Of a DNA stretch of 64,000 nucleotides, positions 60,331-64,000 are shown piece after piece. Under the pieces are notes generated by a model that ran no database searches, was not told where the DNA came from, and saw only the letters and a program-made list of their open reading frames with translations. Source of the DNA: Bacteroidota bacterium (GTDB taxonomy: Bacteria; Bacteroidota; Bacteroidia; Bacteroidales; PUMT01). The number at the start of each line of letters is the position of its first letter. Positions within the stretch are counted from its first letter, which is position 1. Position numbers and translations under genes: made by a program. The stretch lies in the NCBI GenBank assembly GCA_037446695.1, contig JBBIHY010000001.1:213235-277234 (forward strand), written 5' to 3'.

Positions 60331-61488
60331 TTACTCAAAATAACTTTTCATCCTGTCGAAAAATGTTCTATCACTAGGGTCGGGGTTGGGAGTGAAATTT
60401 TTAGAGGCTTTCAGTTTTTCCACCAGGTTTTTTTCCTCTTTTGAAAGATTTTTAGGTACCCACACATTCACGTTCAGAAGAAGGTCACCTCTTCCGTATC
60501 CGTTTACATCGGGCAGACCCTTTCCGCGCAACCGGAGGATTTTCCCGGGTTGCATACCCGCATCAATCTTGATTTTTGCTTTTCCTTCAACGGTAGGGAT
60601 TTCGGCAGTAGTGCCAATGGCTGCTTCAGGGAAACTCAGGTAGAGGTTATAAATAAGGTCATTCCCGTCGCGAATTAAATCCGGATGCCTTTCTTCCTCA
60701 ATCAGTACGAGCAGATCTCCGTTTACACCTCCACGCCTTGGCGCATTTCCCTGTCCGGCTACCGTAAGCTGCATTCCCCCACCAACCCCCGCAGGTATAT
60801 TGATTGAAATCACCTCGTCCTTTTTTACAATACCTTCTCCATAACAGCTTGAACATTTGCTTGTAATTGTTTTTCCATCACCGCCACAGGATGGGCAGGT
60901 TGTGGTAGTTTGCATCTGACCCAAAAAAGTATTGGAAACACGGGTAACCTGCCCGGTTCCCCGACAGGTACTGCATTCGGAGTAGGCGCCTCCTGCCTCT
61001 GCACCGTTGCCATTGCAGGGTTTGCAGGCAACATATTTGTTCACCTTTATTTTCTTTTCCACACCATTGGCCACATCCTTCAGGTTCAGTTTTACCTTTA
61101 CCCGTAAATTCGAGCCTTTATTCACCCTTCTACCTCGTGAGCGGCCGCCTGAGAATCCTCCAAAACCTCCGAAACCGCCAAAACTGCCGCCAAAAATATC
61201 CCCGAAATGCTCAAAAATATCCTCGATGGTCATACCGCCACCACTGAAGCCACCCGCTCCTCCTTCCACGCCGGCATGACCGTATTGGTCGTAACGGGCA
61301 CGTTTCTTCTCGTCACTCAAAACTTCATAGGCAGCGGCTGCTTCCTTAAATTTCTCTTCGGCTGTATGATCCCCTGGATTCTTGTCGGGGTGATACTGCA
61401 GGGCCTTTTTCCGGTACGCTGCCTTTATTTCAGCCTGGGTAGCATTTTTGGAAACATCCAGTACCTCGTAATAATCTCTTTTTGCCAT
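60331..61488 (-). CDS. dnaJ: molecular chaperone DnaJ
   Basis: J domain with HPDKNPGD, a G/F-rich region, and four CxxCxGxG zinc-finger repeats. Confidence 0.97.
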   Translation of the reverse strand: MAKRDYYEVLDVSKNATQAEIKAAYRKKALQYHPDKNPGDHTAEEKFKEAAAAYEVLSDEKKRARYDQYGHAGVEGGAGGFSGGGMTIEDIFEHFGDIFGGSFGGFGGFGGFSGGRSRGRRVNKGSNLRVKVKLNLKDVANGVEKKIKVNKYVACKPCNGNGAEAGGAYSECSTCRGTGQVTRVSNTFLGQMQTTTTCPSCGGDGKTITSKCSSCYGEGIVKKDEVISINIPAGVGGGMQLTVAGQGNAPRRGGVNGDLLVLIEEERHPDLIRDGNDLIYNLYLSFPEAAIGTTAEIPTVEGKAKIKIDAGMQPGKILRLRGKGLPDVNGYGRGDLLLNVNVWVPKNLSKEEKNLVEKLKASKNFTPNPDPSDRTFFDRMKSYFE

Positions 61489-61511
61489 TCTTGGGGAATG
61501 TTATTCAGTAA

Positions 61512-62057
61512 TTAATTGCCTACAACAACTTTTGGGAACCTGATTACCTTTTCATTCAGGAAATATCCCTTGGAAATCACATCTAATACTTTTCCTTTCA
61601 TTGCCTCATTCTGGACTGACATTTGAGTAACTGCCTCATGCAAATCGGTATTGAATTCCTGGTTGAGTGATTCAATTTCCTTCACGCCATTTTGGGTAAG
61701 GAAGTCACGAAATTTATTATATATTAAATCAATTCCCTGCTTCATAGCCTCCATGTCTTTGGAGGTATTTAAAAGCTGCAGGGCTCTTTCAAAGTCGTCC
61801 ACCACCGGAAGTATGGATTTAAAAAACTCCTCTCCGGCCAGTTTGCTGAATTCCATTTTTTCTCGTAATGTACGCTTCCTGTAATTATCAAATTCGGCTG
61901 CAAGCCGAAGGAATTTATCCTCTGACTCCTTAAGCTTTGCCTGTAATTCCAGTAGTTCTGTTTTTATTTTTATTAACTCCCTTTCGGCTTTGTTTCCCTT
62001 TTGTAATGATTTGGACTCTTTGTTTACTGCTTTCCCTGGGATGTTCTTTTTCACCAT
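61512..62057 (-). CDS. grpE: nucleotide exchange factor GrpE
   Basis: 181 aa with LRLAAEFDNYRKRT and GYFLNEKVIRFPKVVV. Confidence 0.95.
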   Translation of the reverse strand: MVKKNIPGKAVNKESKSLQKGNKAERELIKIKTELLELQAKLKESEDKFLRLAAEFDNYRKRTLREKMEFSKLAGEEFFKSILPVVDDFERALQLLNTSKDMEAMKQGIDLIYNKFRDFLTQNGVKEIESLNQEFNTDLHEAVTQMSVQNEAMKGKVLDVISKGYFLNEKVIRFPKVVVGN

Positions 62058-62843
62058 ATTCTAATTAATAATGGAAATGATTACGATTTTCTTCAATGCG
62101 GTTTTTCTATCTGCAAAATGTTTGCCAATTTGTAAAACACGACATTTTGGCATCGCAAAGTAAATGAAAACTGAAAAAATTGCAAACTTGCCCGGGGGGA
62201 GATCGTTTAACGGGATACATTCTTTGAATTTTAGATTTTTTATCAGGCTTTTATTTTCAGGAAGATTCTATTTTTGCCAGGTTAAAAATGTGAATTATGC
62301 AGGTAATAGCTGAACACATTACCAATGCACATATTTTAAATGAGTTTCTTCTGTCATTTATCATGGTAATTTCAATGGTACTGGTTTCCAGATCTTTTTA
62401 GCAGGCACAAGATATTCCCCGATTTTGATAATTGTGATTTTTGGATTGATTTTGGGTTTCATGCTTGTAAACAGTGGCCTTGCAACACCCGGACTACCTG
62501 AATTCCCGGTTGTTGATCTGGGCAGTAAGGTGTCTGTAACTGCCTTAATTGCATCTTTCTTTGTTGGTGGTCAGGAAATACGAAAAATTCTTGCCGTAAA
62601 AAAATTGATAAGACAGATATAGTAATTCCATCGGAAGAAGTGCTGTTGCTGGGTAAAAAATTTACCCAGTTCACCTTATTATCAGGGCATTTTTTATCCT
62701 GATAGGCATTGAATCCCTACGCAGGGCAGTACCTGGCATTCAGGGAAATGAATACATCGCCGGGTTTTATCCACGGCTGTGATACATTGGGCTGGTTGGA
62801 TCAGTAATTCTTATAGATATAAGGCAAAATTACCAATAAATCA

Positions 62844-63950
62844 ATGTATGTTCAAAAAGGTATTATTGAAACAGCTATTATTTTGGGAATTTTGCTTGCA
62901 TCATTCTTTATTGCAAAACTGGTGAGACCGGTTATTGCATTACCGGAAATATTTTTCGCCATGATACTTTCCGTGTTGATGGGAATGATTTTCATTAACT
63001 GGAAATTTGGGCCTACTATTCGTTCACTTTTGTTTGCTGGGATACCCGTGGTTCTTGCTGCCAACATTATGGTGGGAGGTTCAAGAATCGCCGAGACATT
63101 CCAGTTAACAGGTGTTACTCCGGTTTTAACCTTTGGCTTTTTAGGACAATTATTTTGGATGTTCGGCGGTCTTACTATCTCAATTCTCATTGGAAAGGCG
63201 AATCACATCCGCAATCTTGCTCCCGGAATGGCAGGCTCTCTGTCGCATGCGGGTCTTACCGGAGCATGTAATGCCGGTGATTTGGGAACGGAGGCAGCCG
63301 TGCGCGCATCCATCATGATCAATATCCCTTTTTTTGGACATATTTTTGTTTTTTCCATTCAAGCTGCCAGTGTCACAGCAGGAGGATTAAAAGTTGGCTG
63401 GTCGTTGGCAGTACTTTTTACAGGACTGGTAATAACATGGTTTGCGCTTAAAACACTGAAAAGTGCTGCAGGCAGGGAAACTGCAGAAATCCGGGGGCTG
63501 ATGTTGTTTTCGCTTGGCTGGCAGCTTACTGCAATATTTGGTGGCCTGGTTATGCTTACCATTGCAGGTATGAATCTTGCAGATACCGTTATGGCCAATT
63601 CTTCGGCGATATCACATTTTGGATTATTTGCAGCCATTCAGGGAGGTATGTTTGGTGAGCAGGCCGCCGGACTGATCGCCTTTATTTTTGCCATGCCATT
63701 CCTTGTGCATCCCTTTGTATTTGGAACCTTTGGAAAAGCTGCAGAAAATCAAGGTGTTATGCCTGCAAGAATTGTTTATATCCTTGCAATCACAGGGTTT
63801 TTGGGCGTTTTGTACGCTATGATTTGGAAAAAAAATTATTTCAGAAGACTTTGCAGGGCATTCTGCAGGGCCTCACCTTTTATATTGCGTGCGATAATAA
63901 CCCCTTCGCCATCAATTAACCAGTTCGCAGGAATGGCTCTAACCTGGTAG
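62844..63950 (+). CDS. integral membrane protein of unrecognised family (possibly the 3' part of a disrupted longer gene starting at 62297)
   Basis: 368-aa ORF with about 9-10 TM segments. Its last roughly 38 codons overlap the convergent thioredoxin-like gene and are probably read-through. Confidence 0.5.
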   Translation: MYVQKGIIETAIILGILLASFFIAKLVRPVIALPEIFFAMILSVLMGMIFINWKFGPTIRSLLFAGIPVVLAANIMVGGSRIAETFQLTGVTPVLTFGFLGQLFWMFGGLTISILIGKANHIRNLAPGMAGSLSHAGLTGACNAGDLGTEAAVRASIMINIPFFGHIFVFSIQAASVTAGGLKVGWSLAVLFTGLVITWFALKTLKSAAGRETAEIRGLMLFSLGWQLTAIFGGLVMLTIAGMNLADTVMANSSAISHFGLFAAIQGGMFGEQAAGLIAFIFAMPFLVHPFVFGTFGKAAENQGVMPARIVYILAITGFLGVLYAMIWKKNYFRRLCRAFCRASPFILRAIITPSPSINQFAGMALTW

Positions 63951-64000
63951 AGTGCTGCTCCGACCGAGTTCCACCCCTTTAAATCGCTTACATGATAGGG
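63836..64000 (-). CDS. TlpA/AhpC-TSA-like thiol-disulfide oxidoreductase, C-terminal 54 codons only (gene continues beyond the window)
   Basis: The minus frame reads ...LYQVRAIPANWLIDGEGVIIARNIKGEALQNALQSLLK-stop, a typical C-terminus of redoxin-family proteins. Confidence 0.6.
   Translation of the reverse strand, partial: PYHVSDLKGWNSVGAALYQVRAIPANWLIDGEGVIIARNIKGEALQNALQSLLK

Noticed and set aside
1-64000. Search for CRISPR arrays, rRNA genes, additional tRNAs, prophage or defence-system gene clusters
   Set aside because: No regularly spaced direct repeats were found. No other GGTTCGAAT/T-loop-containing cloverleaf was seen. There are no phage structural genes, restriction-modification genes or other recognisable defence genes.

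Overview
This 64-kb chromosomal window comes from a Bacteroidota genome. The phylum call rests on a short 286-aa primary-type sigma factor, TAnnTTTG -7 promoter boxes, a T9SS type-B C-terminal sorting domain, a PorV/PorQ-like barrel, a DUF5683-like gene after parAB, and a type-B L31. The organism is probably an anaerobe, since the window carries HydF and a flavodiiron protein. About 55 genes are ordinary housekeeping: rpoD-like sigma, rtcB, tRNA-His, lon, coaD, pyrE, birA, rsfS, ftsH, cdsA, psd, pssA, purS, DAHP synthase/chorismate mutase, parAB, mltD, dnaJ-grpE, a NatAB-like ABC pair and glycosyltransferases. I found no CRISPR array, no rRNA and no recognisable defence island. The unusual content is of seven kinds. 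(1) A lipoprotein gene has its ATG and its signal peptide separated by a C9 homopolymer and is currently out of phase. It sits in a 2.1-kb cassette bracketed by a 25-nt perfect direct repeat of a terminator hairpin. (2) A roughly 60-120-nt hairpin-forming intergenic repeat family is present as four copies at three loci, and it fuses into neighbouring reading frames. (3) The density of decayed genes is high: a voltage-gated K+ channel with four frameshifts, a small gene with one frameshift and two nonsense codons, two degenerate IS1595-type elements, an IS4-like remnant, a Tat-signal Rieske gene with an in-frame TAG and no ATG, and a possibly broken membrane-protein gene. (4) The tRNA-His gene has two adjacent U:U mismatches in its acceptor stem and lies next to a solitary rtcB. 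(5) A cluster of GGC-TNAA-GCC hairpins lies in a 500-bp non-coding gap. (6) A sigma-54 activator lacks a DNA-binding domain and sits in an odd operon. (7) An MltD / SGNH / MBOAT module is present. All family assignments come from reading motifs by eye, without any database search.
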